From assembly GCA_035695325.1 (NCBI GenBank), contig DASSEH010000011.1, forward strand, positions 29,706 through 93,705: 64,000 bases of DNA. The letters are read 5' to 3'. Numbering within the stretch: position 1 is the stretch's first letter; each line of letters opens with the position of its first letter. Shown piece after piece: positions 26,993 through 36,314 of the stretch. This DNA comes from Candidatus Angelobacter sp. (GTDB lineage Bacteria; Acidobacteriota; Terriglobia; Terriglobales; Acidobacteriaceae). The translations under genes were made by a program, and so were the position numbers. Below the pieces are notes generated by a model that ran no database searches, was not told the origin of the DNA, and worked only from the letters and a program-made list of their open reading frames with translations.

Positions 26993-29023
26993 ATGAGAAA
27001 GATATCGATTCTTCTGCTGTTCGCCTGCGCTTCCCTGGCTGCATTGGCCCAGACCTCTGACACCACGCTGCCTTACACGCCCAGTCTGGACGTGACCGCC
27101 ATGGACAAGTCCGCCAATCCCTGCGTGGATTTTTACCAGTACTCCTGCGGCGGATGGAAGAAGAACAATCCCATCCCTCCCGACCAGACTTCGTGGAGCG
27201 TGTACGGCAAGCTGTATCAGGACAATTTGGTTTTTCTGCGCGGGATTCTGGAGCAGGCGTCGGCCAATGGCCGGCGTGATGCGATTACCCGGCAGATAGG
27301 CGACTTCTACGCGGCCTGCATGGACGAAGCAGCCATCGAGAAGCGCGGCGTAAAAGCAATCCAGCCGCAGTTCGAAGTCATTGCCGCGCTCAAATCCACG
27401 CGTGATCTGGCGCTGGTAGTCGCGCGCCTGCAGCCGAGCGCTCTGGGCTCCATACCGTTTGCCGGCGGCTCACGCCAGGACCCTGACGATTCCGAACGGC
27501 AAATTGCCGGAATCGACCAGGGCGGAATCGGGCTGCCCGACCGCGATTACTACACCAAAGACGACGCCAAATCCAAAGAGATCCGCGAACGCTATGTGCA
27601 GCACGTGCAAAAAATCTTCGAGCTGCTGGGGGACTCTCCGGAAACGGCGAAGAAGAACGCTGGCATCGTCATGAATCTGGAGACGGCGCTGGCCCAGGCT
27701 TCGCTCACCCGCGTGGAGCGCCGCGATCCCTACAAGCGCAAAAACAAAATCAAGCTGGCGGACCTGAATGCCCTGGCCCCGAATTTCAACTGGCAGGCGT
27801 ATTTCCGTGAGATACAGGCGCCGCCCTTTGAGATCATCAACGTGGCACCGCCATCGTTCTTTCAGGAGTTCAACGCTCTCCTGGCCAGCGAGCCGCTGGA
27901 GAGCTGGAAAACCTATCTGCGCTATCACGTAGCCAGTTCCTCCTCGCCCTATCTGTCGTCGGCCTTTGTACAGGAAAATTTTGAGTTCAATGCAAAGTAC
28001 CTGCGCGGGGCCAAAGAGCTGCAGCCGCGCTGGAAGCGCTGCGTGCAGTACACCGACCGCGATCTGGGTGAAGCCCTGGGGCAGGCTTACGTCCGCAAAG
28101 TGTTTTCGCCGGAGACCAGAAAGAGCACGCTGGTAATGGTCCAGGGCATTGAAAACGCCATGCAGGCGCGCCTCGAACAGCTCGACTGGATGGGGCCGGA
28201 GACCAAACAGCAGGCGCTCATCAAACTGCACGGCCTGCGCAATAAGATCGGCTATCCCGACAAATGGCGCGACTACAGCACGGTCGAAATCACGCGCGCG
28301 GATTTTCTCGGCAACGTGCAGCGCGGCACGGCCTTTGAGCGCCGGCGCAACATCGGCAAGATCGGCCAGCCGGTGGACCACACCGAGTGGGGCATGACTC
28401 CGCCCACCGTGAACGCCTACTACAGTCCGCAAATGAACGACATCAATTTTCCCGCCGGCGTGCTGCAGCCTCCGCTCTACGACGCAAAAATGGACGATGC
28501 CCCCAATTACGGCAACACCGGCGGCACCATCGGCCACGAACTGACTCACGGGTTTGACGACCAGGGCAGCAAGTTCGATTTCAAAGGCAATCTGAAAAAC
28601 TGGTGGACCGACGATGACAAGAGGAAGTTTGAAGAACGGACCAAGTGCGTCTCCGACCAGTATGCGCAGTACGTGGTGGTGGACGACCTTCATATCAACA
28701 GCAAACTGACTTTGGGCGAAGACGTGGCCGATTTGGGCGGTGAGATTCTGGCTTACAATGCGTGGAAAGAGGCCACCAAAAGCAGCAAGCTGGGGCCGGT
28801 CGAGGGGCTCACGCCGGAGCAGCGCTTTTTCGTGGGCTTCGCGCAATGGGCCTGTGCCAATGAGCGTCCGGAAGAGCTGCGCCTGCGCGCCGTGACCGAT
28901 CCCCACTCGCCGGCAACCTACCGCATCAACGGCGTAGTGGTGAACATGCAGGAGTTTCAGCAGGCCTTTGCCTGTAAGGCCGGCCAGCCCATGGTGCGTG
29001 AGGACCGTTGCCGGGTGTGGTAG
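26993..29023 (+). CDS. M13-family metallopeptidase (neprilysin/PepO-like), secreted
   Basis: Signal peptide, HELTHGFDDQG zinc site, GEDVADLGG (ENIADxGG-type) motif and C-terminal CRVW. Confidence 0.9.
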   Translation: MRKISILLLFACASLAALAQTSDTTLPYTPSLDVTAMDKSANPCVDFYQYSCGGWKKNNPIPPDQTSWSVYGKLYQDNLVFLRGILEQASANGRRDAITRQIGDFYAACMDEAAIEKRGVKAIQPQFEVIAALKSTRDLALVVARLQPSALGSIPFAGGSRQDPDDSERQIAGIDQGGIGLPDRDYYTKDDAKSKEIRERYVQHVQKIFELLGDSPETAKKNAGIVMNLETALAQASLTRVERRDPYKRKNKIKLADLNALAPNFNWQAYFREIQAPPFEIINVAPPSFFQEFNALLASEPLESWKTYLRYHVASSSSPYLSSAFVQENFEFNAKYLRGAKELQPRWKRCVQYTDRDLGEALGQAYVRKVFSPETRKSTLVMVQGIENAMQARLEQLDWMGPETKQQALIKLHGLRNKIGYPDKWRDYSTVEITRADFLGNVQRGTAFERRRNIGKIGQPVDHTEWGMTPPTVNAYYSPQMNDINFPAGVLQPPLYDAKMDDAPNYGNTGGTIGHELTHGFDDQGSKFDFKGNLKNWWTDDDKRKFEERTKCVSDQYAQYVVVDDLHINSKLTLGEDVADLGGEILAYNAWKEATKSSKLGPVEGLTPEQRFFVGFAQWACANERPEELRLRAVTDPHSPATYRINGVVVNMQEFQQAFACKAGQPMVREDRCRVW

Positions 29024-29088
29024 CGTTTCGGCTTGAAATTCAGCACGGAAGTGCTAAAGTTGCGAGAGAGACAAACGATTAATACATC

Positions 29089-29478
29089 ATGGAGCAATAC
29101 CTCGAACAGCTTTGCGGCGAAGAGACCGTCCTTCTGGTGGATGACGAAGAGCTCCTGCGTACGGTAGTCAGTGATTTGCTCAGCCAGCTGGGCTACAACG
29201 TGCTTCCGGCGGCCAGCGCCCAGGAGGCGCTCACCCTGGCCGACGAGCAAAAAGCAATTGATCTGGTGGTGACGGACGTGGTGATGCCCGGCATGTCCGG
29301 CCCGGAGCTGGTAAAGAAGCTGCAGGAATCACGCGCGGAAGTGAAGGCCCTGTTTATCTCCGGCTATACCGCAGGCAAATTCGCCGATTTTGAAGTCGGC
29401 CCCGACCCCGTGCTGCTGCAAAAGCCCTTCACCATCAAAATGCTGGCCGGCAAAATCCGCGAATTGCTCGATACGTAA
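29089..29478 (+). CDS. Single-domain response regulator (receiver only)
   Basis: VLLVDDEE...DLVVTDVVMPGMSGPEL...LFISGY...KPF. Confidence 0.85.
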   Translation: MEQYLEQLCGEETVLLVDDEELLRTVVSDLLSQLGYNVLPAASAQEALTLADEQKAIDLVVTDVVMPGMSGPELVKKLQESRAEVKALFISGYTAGKFADFEVGPDPVLLQKPFTIKMLAGKIRELLDT

Positions 29479-29649
29479 ATCGTCTTCCGGCTGTGTGCTG
29501 CACGACACAGCTTCGCGTTCCCGCACACACACATTGCCTTCTTGTTATGAATTAAGTCCTTATAAATCAATGGCTTGATCTTATGGTTCACAGCTTGCCT
29601 TTACTCCCATTGTCTTGATGATCACCAATCATCCAGGGGGAGAAGCAAA

Positions 29650-29757
29650 ATGGACACGCAAAAACAGAAAATCAACGGTTCCAAATGGTTCCTGCTGTGG
29701 ATTGCAATCTGGATCATGGCTCTGATGGCGCTGTTCCCGGCGCTGGCGCATGGGTAA
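29650..29757 (+). CDS. Possible 35-aa single-TM peptide
   Basis: MDTQKQKINGSKWFLLWIAIWIMALMALFPALAHG is preceded by GGGGGAG 7 nt upstream. It is below the ORF-track size cut-off and I could assess no homology. Confidence 0.3.
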   Translation: MDTQKQKINGSKWFLLWIAIWIMALMALFPALAHG

Positions 29758-30066
29758 AAAGGCGCCTTTGCCAGCCAATCGGGTATATGCAGGAGCTGAC
29801 CAAACCGTTATCGTTGCTGCGCCGGGGACGGCTTTTGCTCTGCTCAATCAGGAGGTTTGTTCAGCAGCCTGGCCACGGTGGCGTTGATGAATTCACTCCC
29901 GTGATCTGGGTACTCCAGGCTCTTCCTGTGTAGGAATCTCGCCCATTTTCAGGCCCATCTTGCATTGGATAAGACTCCGCCTTGCCATTTGCCTGTAAAT
30001 TACGCGATAATAGCAAATTGCCTAGCTGATTCAAGGGCTTTCCAGCGAGAAAGGATTCAATTACCA

Positions 30067-30321
30067 GTGTTAATGATTCGACTCGCGCGCATCGGTGCGC
30101 GCAAGCAACCATATTATCGTGTAGTCGTGATTGAGAAGGAGCGCGCACGCAATGGCCGCTCGGTGGAAGTGGTGGGGTTGTACAATCCCCGCACAACTCC
30201 GGCGACTGTAGATTTGAAGCATGAGCGGATTGAGTACTGGGTTTCCAAAGGCGCACAGCTTTCGGATACCGTAAGCCGTTTGCTCTCCAAGTCGAAGGCC
30301 ACGGCCCAAACAGCGGCGTAG
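30067..30321 (+). CDS. rpsP: 30S ribosomal protein S16
   Basis: (M)LMIRLARIGARKQPYYRVVVIEKERARNGRSVEVVGLYNP. GTG 30067 matches the length of the E. coli MVTIRLAR N-terminus and lies 12 nt after AAAGGA. ATG 30073 is the alternative start. Confidence 0.9.
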   Translation: MLMIRLARIGARKQPYYRVVVIEKERARNGRSVEVVGLYNPRTTPATVDLKHERIEYWVSKGAQLSDTVSRLLSKSKATAQTAA

Positions 30322-30385
30322 CGGCAAGTCTTCCGGATTTGTGGGGTAGAAAGACCAGCCCAGCCTGGCGAGAGGAAAAAGGGGA

Positions 30386-30640
30386 ATGACGGAATCGAGC
30401 GGCGATATGCGCGCGCTCGTGGAGCAAATTGCTCAGGCTCTTGTTGATGCTCCCGATCATGTGCAGGTGTCTGCGGTAGAGAATGGGGAAGCCACGGTTT
30501 TGGAATTACGTGTCGATCCTGCTGACGTGGGCAAAGTTATCGGAAAGCAGGGGAGGACGGCGAAATCCATTCGGACTATTCTCGGCGCGGCGAGCATGAA
30601 ACTGAAAAGGCGCTACACGCTGGACATCATCGAAGACTAG
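30386..30640 (+). CDS. KH-domain RNA-binding protein (YlqC/UPF0109-like)
   Basis: VGKVIGKQGRTAKSIRTIL contains the GxxG KH motif. The gene holds the conserved position between rpsP and rimM. Confidence 0.85.
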   Translation: MTESSGDMRALVEQIAQALVDAPDHVQVSAVENGEATVLELRVDPADVGKVIGKQGRTAKSIRTILGAASMKLKRRYTLDIIED

Positions 30641-30655
30641 GTAATCCGGTTAGCG

Positions 30656-31297
30656 ATGACTGAACAAAAGCGGGTTGAAGGCCTTGGTGTATCCGGCCAG
30701 AGCGCTGAACGGAAAATCGGCGACAGTGATTTCATCACCATTGCCCGGGTCGTTAAGACCCAGGGGCGAGTAGGCGAAGTCGCTGCGGCGGTTCTTACCG
30801 ATTTTCCCGAGCGGTTCGCCACACGTAAACGGCTGTTTGCCAAAGGTCCTGACGAAAACGCGCCGCGGCGTGAACTTCAGCTGGTTGATCACTGGTTTCA
30901 TAAAGACTGGGTGGTCCTGAAGTTTGCCGGCGTGGATTCGATCAGCGACGCGGAAGCGCTGGCTGGTTGTGAGATTCAGGTCCCGCTTGGCGAGCGGGCA
31001 GAGCTGGATGCGGACTCGTTTTACGTCAGCGACCTGGCCGGATGCATCGTGTATGACGGCGAACGCGAGGTCGGCAAGATTCAGGATGTTCGCTTTGGCG
31101 CCGGTGAGGCCCCGCTGCTGGTAGTACAGGGCGTGAAGGAGTATTTGATTCCCTTCGCCGCCGGTTACATCCGCGGCATTTCGCCTGAAAATAAACGGGT
31201 GGAGATGGATCTGCCCCAGGGCATGCTGGAACTGGATGCGCCGCTGAATCAGGAAGAGAAGCAGCGGCAAAAAGGACCGGACCGGGACCGGCCATGA
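30656..31297 (+). CDS. rimM: 16S rRNA processing protein RimM
   Basis: [18 protein letters not shown]...[25 protein letters not shown]... includes the PRC-barrel C-terminus. The stop overlaps the trmD ATG as ATGA. Confidence 0.88.
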   Translation: MTEQKRVEGLGVSGQSAERKIGDSDFITIARVVKTQGRVGEVAAAVLTDFPERFATRKRLFAKGPDENAPRRELQLVDHWFHKDWVVLKFAGVDSISDAEALAGCEIQVPLGERAELDADSFYVSDLAGCIVYDGEREVGKIQDVRFGAGEAPLLVVQGVKEYLIPFAAGYIRGISPENKRVEMDLPQGMLELDAPLNQEEKQRQKGPDRDRP

Positions 31298-32097
31298 GAT
31301 TTGAACTTGTAACGATTTTTCCGGACTTCTTTCGAGGTCCGCTGGATTTTGGGATTGTGCGCCGTGCGCGTGAATCCGGGCTCATTGAAATTTTGGTCCA
31401 CGATCTGCGGGCTTTCACCTCGGACAAACACCGGACTGTAGATGATCGTCCGTTTGGCGGAGGGGAAGGCATGGTGCTGAAACCCGAGCCGCTGTTTCGC
31501 TGCGTTGAGTCGCTGGAGATGGCCGGCCGTGAAGAGCGCCTGGCCCGTACCGTGAAGCAAAGCGTGGTGCTGCTCTCGGCCCAGGGCGAGATGTTTACCC
31601 AGGACCTGGCGCTGGAACTGGCAGGTCTGGAGCGGATGGTCCTGATCTGCGGCCGTTATGAAGGCGTGGACGAGCGTGTAGCGCAGGGGCTGGTCGATCG
31701 CGAAATTTCCATCGGCGATTATGTCCTGAGCGGCGGCGAACTGGGCGCGGCGGTTATTCTGGATACAGTCACGCGGCTCCTGCCCGGCGCGCTGGGCAAT
31801 GAGGCTTCCGCCATGCAGGAAAGTTTTACGTCGACGCGGAAAGCGGATGCAGACGGCCCGGACAGCACATGCGGATCCGCCGGGTTACTCGACTATCCGC
31901 ATTACACCCGGCCTGCGGATTTTCGCGGTATGGCTGTGCCGGACGTGCTCATGGGCGGCAACCACGAGCAGATTCGCGGATGGCGCCGCCGCAAGGCGCT
32001 CGAAAAAACGCTGCGCAATCGCCCGGATTTGCTCGATGAACAGGATTTAAGCAGGGAAGATAAAAAGCTGGTGGACGAGATCAAAAGAAAGAATTAG
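31294..32097 (+). CDS. trmD: tRNA (guanine37-N1)-methyltransferase TrmD
   Basis: [11 protein letters not shown]..., [36 protein letters not shown]. Confidence 0.95.
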   Translation: MRFELVTIFPDFFRGPLDFGIVRRARESGLIEILVHDLRAFTSDKHRTVDDRPFGGGEGMVLKPEPLFRCVESLEMAGREERLARTVKQSVVLLSAQGEMFTQDLALELAGLERMVLICGRYEGVDERVAQGLVDREISIGDYVLSGGELGAAVILDTVTRLLPGALGNEASAMQESFTSTRKADADGPDSTCGSAGLLDYPHYTRPADFRGMAVPDVLMGGNHEQIRGWRRRKALEKTLRNRPDLLDEQDLSREDKKLVDEIKRKN

Positions 32098-32151
32098 TCA
32101 TTAGTAGTTCGCATGGCGCTCAATCGCTCCATGCCAGATACTAAGTACTAA
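32094..32151 (+). other. Nested two-tier hairpin between trmD and rplS
   Basis: Outer arms TTAGTCATTAGTA (32094-32106) and TACTAAGTACTAA (32139-32151) pair at 11 of 13 positions. The inner pair is GCATGG...CCATGC. Confidence 0.35.
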
Positions 32152-32195
32152 TCAACACTGCTCCCGAAAAGAGTGAGCATTAAGAGGAACAGACG

Positions 32196-32582
32196 ATGTC
32201 TCAGCATCCCATTATGGAAAAACTGGCGGCCAAACTGCGCCGCACCGATATTCCTGAAATCAATCCGGGCGATACCGTTCGCGTTCAGGTCAGGATCAAG
32301 GAAGGCGACAAAGAGCGCGTACAGGCTTTTGAAGGCACTGTGGTGTCGCTGCGCCGTGGCCCCCAGGGCAGCTTCACCGTGCGCAAGATCAGCTTCGGCC
32401 AGGGTGTGGAGCGCATTTTCCCCATGCATTCCAAAGTGGTGGACAAGGTCGAGATCGTCCGCTCAAACCAGGTTCGCCGGGCCAAGCTGTTCTATCTGCG
32501 CAACCTGAAAGGCAAGGCTGCCCGCCTGCGTGAAGTGGAGCGCGTTCAGCCCGCCCCGGTTGCCACCGGAACGCAAAGCTAA
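32196..32582 (+). CDS. rplS: 50S ribosomal protein L19
   Basis: [37 protein letters not shown]...[20 protein letters not shown]. Confidence 0.95.
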   Translation: MSQHPIMEKLAAKLRRTDIPEINPGDTVRVQVRIKEGDKERVQAFEGTVVSLRRGPQGSFTVRKISFGQGVERIFPMHSKVVDKVEIVRSNQVRRAKLFYLRNLKGKAARLREVERVQPAPVATGTQS

Positions 32583-32736
32583 CAGAGCCGTCGGCTTTTG
32601 CGGTAGAAATCATGGTGTGGAGACGTGGCTGGTTCATTGATGGAACGGCCGCGTCTCGCCCATATACTTCCTTCGGTCCTCCCCAGACTGGAATGCAACT
32701 TCTTTTCGCGCGATAATGGCGTAACCCTTATTTCCC

Positions 32737-33084
32737 ATGGAATCTGCTCGCAGTGCGCTGTCCGAACTGTTTGAAGGTGGTTACTACTCCATCGACGATG
32801 GTGATGATTTCGCCATTGCCAAAGTACTGAAGCTCGAGCCGGAGATCGTCCACGTCCGCATCTATAAAGAGCATTTCTCGCAGCGCCCCCGGCAGATTGA
32901 TGTCAGCCTCCTGACTCTGGGCGCCATTCATGACGACGATGGTTTCGGCATGGGGCATCTGCCGCTGCGCCTCACCACTTTCAACGAGCGGAAGCCGATG
33001 TTTCTGGCATATTCTGCGGTTGTCTCGGAAGAACTGGAAGGCTACCAGCTCTGGAAAGAATCGGAAGGCGGCGTTTGGGAATAA
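32737..33084 (+). CDS. Hypothetical protein (115 aa), translationally coupled to rnhB
   Basis: Protein-like composition, and its TAA overlaps the rnhB ATG (TAATG at 33082-33086). I recognised no family. Confidence 0.55.
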   Translation: MESARSALSELFEGGYYSIDDGDDFAIAKVLKLEPEIVHVRIYKEHFSQRPRQIDVSLLTLGAIHDDDGFGMGHLPLRLTTFNERKPMFLAYSAVVSEELEGYQLWKESEGGVWE

Positions 33085-33845
33085 TGCCCGGACGTAGCCA
33101 GCCCGCCCGCAAAAAGCGTAGCAAGCAGCCCGCAACCATCAATCCCGCCACCGGCGAGCCTTATTCCAAAGGCACACTCAAGATGCGGCTGCTCCGCAAG
33201 CTGAAGTGCACGGTAAAGTTTGAAAAGCAGGCCTGGGCCTCGGGCGCAAAGCTGGTGGCCGGCGTGGACGAAGTTGGCCGGGGCTCGCTCTTTGGGCCAG
33301 TAGTGGCCGCTGCCGTGATTCTTGAACCCGGTTACCGCATTCGCGGCCTGCGCGATTCCAAACTCATTGACCGGGAGACGCGCGAGAAGCTGGCGGAACG
33401 TATCCGCGAACATGCCATTGCGTATGCCGTCGCCGCCGTGGACGTGGCGCGCATTGACCAGCTCAACATCTACCACGCTTCACTGCTGGCCATGCGCGAA
33501 GCCGTGGCCCAGCTCGTTCCCGCACCTGATCATTTGCTGGTCGACGCCGTCAGCATTCCGTGGGAGTGCCCGCAGACCAATATTATTCACGGCGATGCGC
33601 TCTCCGCCTCCATTGCCGCGGCTTCCATCATCGCCAAAGTCGCACGTGACGCAATGATCCGCGAATGGGACCCGGTTTATCCCCAGTACGACCTGGCTTC
33701 CAACAAAGGCTATCGCTCGCCCAAACACCTGGCCGCACTGAACGACTACGGCCCCACCCCACTCCATCGCTTATCGTTCGCACCCGTCTGGCTGGCCACG
33801 ACCATGCAGGAAGAGTTTGAGTTTATGGGGGACGAGGAAAAATGA
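33084..33845 (+). CDS. rnhB: Ribonuclease HII
   Basis: VAGVDEVGRGSLFGPVVAAAVIL, RDSKLI, SIIAKVARD. It has a basic ~50-aa N-terminal extension. Alternative starts are 33075 (TTG) and 33183 (ATG). Confidence 0.9.
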   Translation: MPGRSQPARKKRSKQPATINPATGEPYSKGTLKMRLLRKLKCTVKFEKQAWASGAKLVAGVDEVGRGSLFGPVVAAAVILEPGYRIRGLRDSKLIDRETREKLAERIREHAIAYAVAAVDVARIDQLNIYHASLLAMREAVAQLVPAPDHLLVDAVSIPWECPQTNIIHGDALSASIAAASIIAKVARDAMIREWDPVYPQYDLASNKGYRSPKHLAALNDYGPTPLHRLSFAPVWLATTMQEEFEFMGDEEK

Positions 33846-33987
33846 GGCTGAATGGCTGTTGGCTCCTGGCTTTTAGCCATTGGCCCTTAGCCCTTAGCCT
33901 TTAGGCAAAACTACTACATCAAATGAAAGGCTAATGGCTAAGTGCTAAAGGCTAATAGCCAATAGCCGAGAGCCAAAAGCCAACTGC
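33846..33987. repeat. Family A palindromic element (long imperfect hairpin) downstream of rnhB
   Basis: Left arm about 33853-33905 and right arm about 33928-33986 are imperfectly complementary, with about 15/18 then about 24/34 positions matching by hand alignment. Both arms are built from GGCTAA/GGCCAA/AGCC words. Confidence 0.6.
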
Positions 33988-34120
33988 CATTCCCCCGCAT
34001 AAATCCCTCCTTTCTCCGATCTAACCATGTACTCACAATTTCCACCGCATGGGCCGTAACTTTTTGCTTCTCTGGACGGATTAAATAAGCAGAAAGAGGC
34101 AGTTCACCGGGGAGCGCATT

Positions 34121-34657
34121 TTGAACGCTGTTGCCAACTTAGCCGATGAGCGGCTCCTGATTGAAGCGGCCCAGCACGATCCCAGCCGCTTCGCGGAGCT
34201 GTATGAGAGCAACTTCAGCCGCATTTATGCCTTCGTTGCGCGGCGCGCGGGCACACGCGAAGAGGCGGAAGACATAACCGCGGAGGTCTTTCATCAGGCG
34301 CTCAGAAACCTTGGCCGTTTTCAGTGGCGGGGCGTGCCCTTTGCCGCCTGGCTGCTGCGGATTGCCGCCAATACGCTCGCCGACCGATGGCAGCGTGCCG
34401 CCAATCATCCTGAAGTGCAGGACGATGGAATGCACGAGCCGGGATCGGATGCGGAACTGGAGCGCCGGGCCATGCTCTTTCAGCTTGTGGACCGTTTGCC
34501 CGCGGACCAGCGTTTGGTGGTCGTTCGCCGGTTTGTGGAGCAGAAAAGCGTGCGCGAAATTGCCCAGGAGTTAAACCGGACAGAAGGCGCGGTGAAGCAA
34601 TTGCAGTTCCGCGCGCTGGAGACCCTGCGCACCACAGTGAGGGACAACCATGAATAG
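34121..34657 (+). CDS. ECF-subfamily RNA polymerase sigma-70 factor
   Basis: Region 2 (RFAELYESNFSRIYAFVARR...AEDITAEVFHQAL) and region 4 HTH (SVREIAQELNRTEGAVKQLQFRALETLR). TTG start 7 nt after GGGGAG. Confidence 0.9.
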   Translation: MNAVANLADERLLIEAAQHDPSRFAELYESNFSRIYAFVARRAGTREEAEDITAEVFHQALRNLGRFQWRGVPFAAWLLRIAANTLADRWQRAANHPEVQDDGMHEPGSDAELERRAMLFQLVDRLPADQRLVVVRRFVEQKSVREIAQELNRTEGAVKQLQFRALETLRTTVRDNHE

Positions 34658-35696
34658 CATTTCAAACTTCGATGAACTCGACCACGCCATCGAGCAGATG
34701 ATTTCCGCCCCCGATGTGGTTCCGGCTGCATCCGGCGAGATGGCTGAGCTTCTGGCAATTGCCCGCGATTTACGCGCGATGCCCAGGCCAGACTTCAAAA
34801 CACAACTGGCGGTGGAACTGAAGTGGGAGGGTGAAGGTCGCCTGATTGCGAACCAGCCCCCTGCATCGCAGACCCCGGATTCCCGGCGGGAGATTCTTCC
34901 GGGGCTATTCGGAAACGGCTTCGGCCTTTATCCGGTGCGCCGCGCTAACTTCGCGGCATCGCTCGCGTTGCACGCGGCCATGGCGGCCTGCGTTGCCCTG
35001 GGACTGTTTGCGGCAAAGAGCGCTCCTCACATCATGCAGCCAAACTACAGGGAAGTGGAATCGCTGACTCTTGCGCCCGGTCTCCACGCTCATGGTGGCG
35101 GAGGAGGTGGTAATCGCGAAAACCTAATGGCTTCCAAAGGCCAGCCGCCGCGCTCTGCTGACCAGCAGATCACTCCCCCTGTGGTTCAAGTGCCCCAGCA
35201 AAGATCGAAGCTGGAAGTCGAGCCAACCGTGACAGCCGAACTGAAGCTACCCACCCCGGCCCAGGTGGGGGACCAGCTTTCAACCATCATGGCCCCTTCC
35301 AATGGGCCGGGGCTGCGAAATGGCATCGGCTCAGGCGAGGGTGGAGGAGTTGGCCCCGGTAACGATACTGGCTATGGTCCCGGAAGCAACGGAAATTTTG
35401 GCACAGGTTATTACCGGCCAGGGAATGGTGTGACCGCTCCGCGCATCCTGTATGCTCCCGAGCCTGAATTTTCCGAAGAGGCGCGCAAAGTAAAACATCA
35501 GGGAACAGTAACGCTGGCAGCGGTAATTGGAGCTGACGGCATACCGAGAAATATTCATGTGGAACGTTCGCTCGGCCTGGGCCTTGATGAGAAGGCCATG
35601 GAAACGGTTCGCGTATGGCGCTTTGAGCCCGGTAAAAAAGATGGCCATCCGGTTGCCGTGCAGATGTATATCGAAGTCCACTTCAATCTTTACTAA
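34650..35696 (+). CDS. Putative anti-sigma factor fused to a TonB C-terminal domain
   Basis: It overlaps the sigma gene by 8 nt and has one TM segment (AASLALHAAMAACVALGLFAA), a Gly/Pro-rich linker and a TonB-C-like end (PEPEFSEEARKVKHQGTVTLAAVIGADGIPRNIHVERSLGLGLDEKAMETVRVWRFEPG). Confidence 0.75.
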   Translation: MNSISNFDELDHAIEQMISAPDVVPAASGEMAELLAIARDLRAMPRPDFKTQLAVELKWEGEGRLIANQPPASQTPDSRREILPGLFGNGFGLYPVRRANFAASLALHAAMAACVALGLFAAKSAPHIMQPNYREVESLTLAPGLHAHGGGGGGNRENLMASKGQPPRSADQQITPPVVQVPQQRSKLEVEPTVTAELKLPTPAQVGDQLSTIMAPSNGPGLRNGIGSGEGGGVGPGNDTGYGPGSNGNFGTGYYRPGNGVTAPRILYAPEPEFSEEARKVKHQGTVTLAAVIGADGIPRNIHVERSLGLGLDEKAMETVRVWRFEPGKKDGHPVAVQMYIEVHFNLY

Positions 35697-35714
35697 GTTG
35701 CACGCCGATTCGGT

Positions 35715-35761
35715 GACGGCCAGCAGGTCCCGGTTCCTGCTGGCCGTCGCTGAATTGTTTT
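35715..35761. terminator. Hairpin terminator between convergent genes
   Basis: GACGGCCAGCAGG (35715-35727), 8-nt loop, CCTGCTGGCCGTC (35736-35748), with a TTTT run at 35757-35761. Confidence 0.6.
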
Positions 35762-35806
35762 AACCCGTGCTCGATAAGATGTGGTGGAAGTGGATCTGCG
35801 TGCTCT

Positions 35807-36172
35807 TCACGCCGGGTGCTGATACAGTCCAATCACATTGCCACCCGGATCACGAAACCTCGCCGTGATCTCCGGCGCGTCAGCGCCGACCGGCTGCACG
35901 ATCTCGCCTCCGGCTGCCACCACGGCCTCCACCGTTGCGGACACGCTCTCCACCATGATGTAAAAAAGCAGCCCCGGTGTGGCCGCCGGCGGACGCCCAG
36001 TTACCCACGCGCCGCTGACTTCGCCCACGCCATCGTCAAAAGCGGTGCTGCCATCTCCACGCTTTCTGACATTCCAGCCGAAAACCTGGCGGTAAAACTC
36101 AGCCGAGCGGGCAATATCGGTGGCGGGCATTTCAAGGTAGCAAATCTTTCCATTCGCAAACGTAGGAGGCAT
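35807..36172 (-). CDS. VOC-family (glyoxalase/bleomycin-resistance fold) protein
   Basis: ICYLEMPATDIARSAEFYRQVFGW...GGEIVQPV...RFRDPGGNVIGLYQ. ATG 36172 follows GGAG, whereas the listed 36253 start would read through a family A repeat. Confidence 0.8.
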   Translation of the reverse strand: MPPTFANGKICYLEMPATDIARSAEFYRQVFGWNVRKRGDGSTAFDDGVGEVSGAWVTGRPPAATPGLLFYIMVESVSATVEAVVAAGGEIVQPVGADAPEITARFRDPGGNVIGLYQHPA

Positions 36173-36199
36173 CGAGGGTACTCCTGTGGGTTGTCTGAG

Positions 36200-36285
36200 C
36201 TCATGGCTTTTGGCTCTTGCCATGATTACGTAGCCATGAGCCTGAATTTTCATCCGTCAGGCTAAAGGCTAAGAGCTAACGGCTC
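36200..36285. repeat. Family A palindromic element
   Basis: catggcttttggctcttgccatg (36202-36224) faces ggctaaaggctaagagctaacggc (36260-36283). Confidence 0.45.
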
Positions 36286-36314
36286 GCCCAGCGAGTGTAA
36301 TTCTGCTTCTAATC

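Noticed and set aside
27470-28906. 478-aa ORF antisense to the M13 peptidase gene
   Set aside because: This is an antisense shadow ORF with no motifs. The plus-strand frame has HExxH and ENIADxGG-type signatures.
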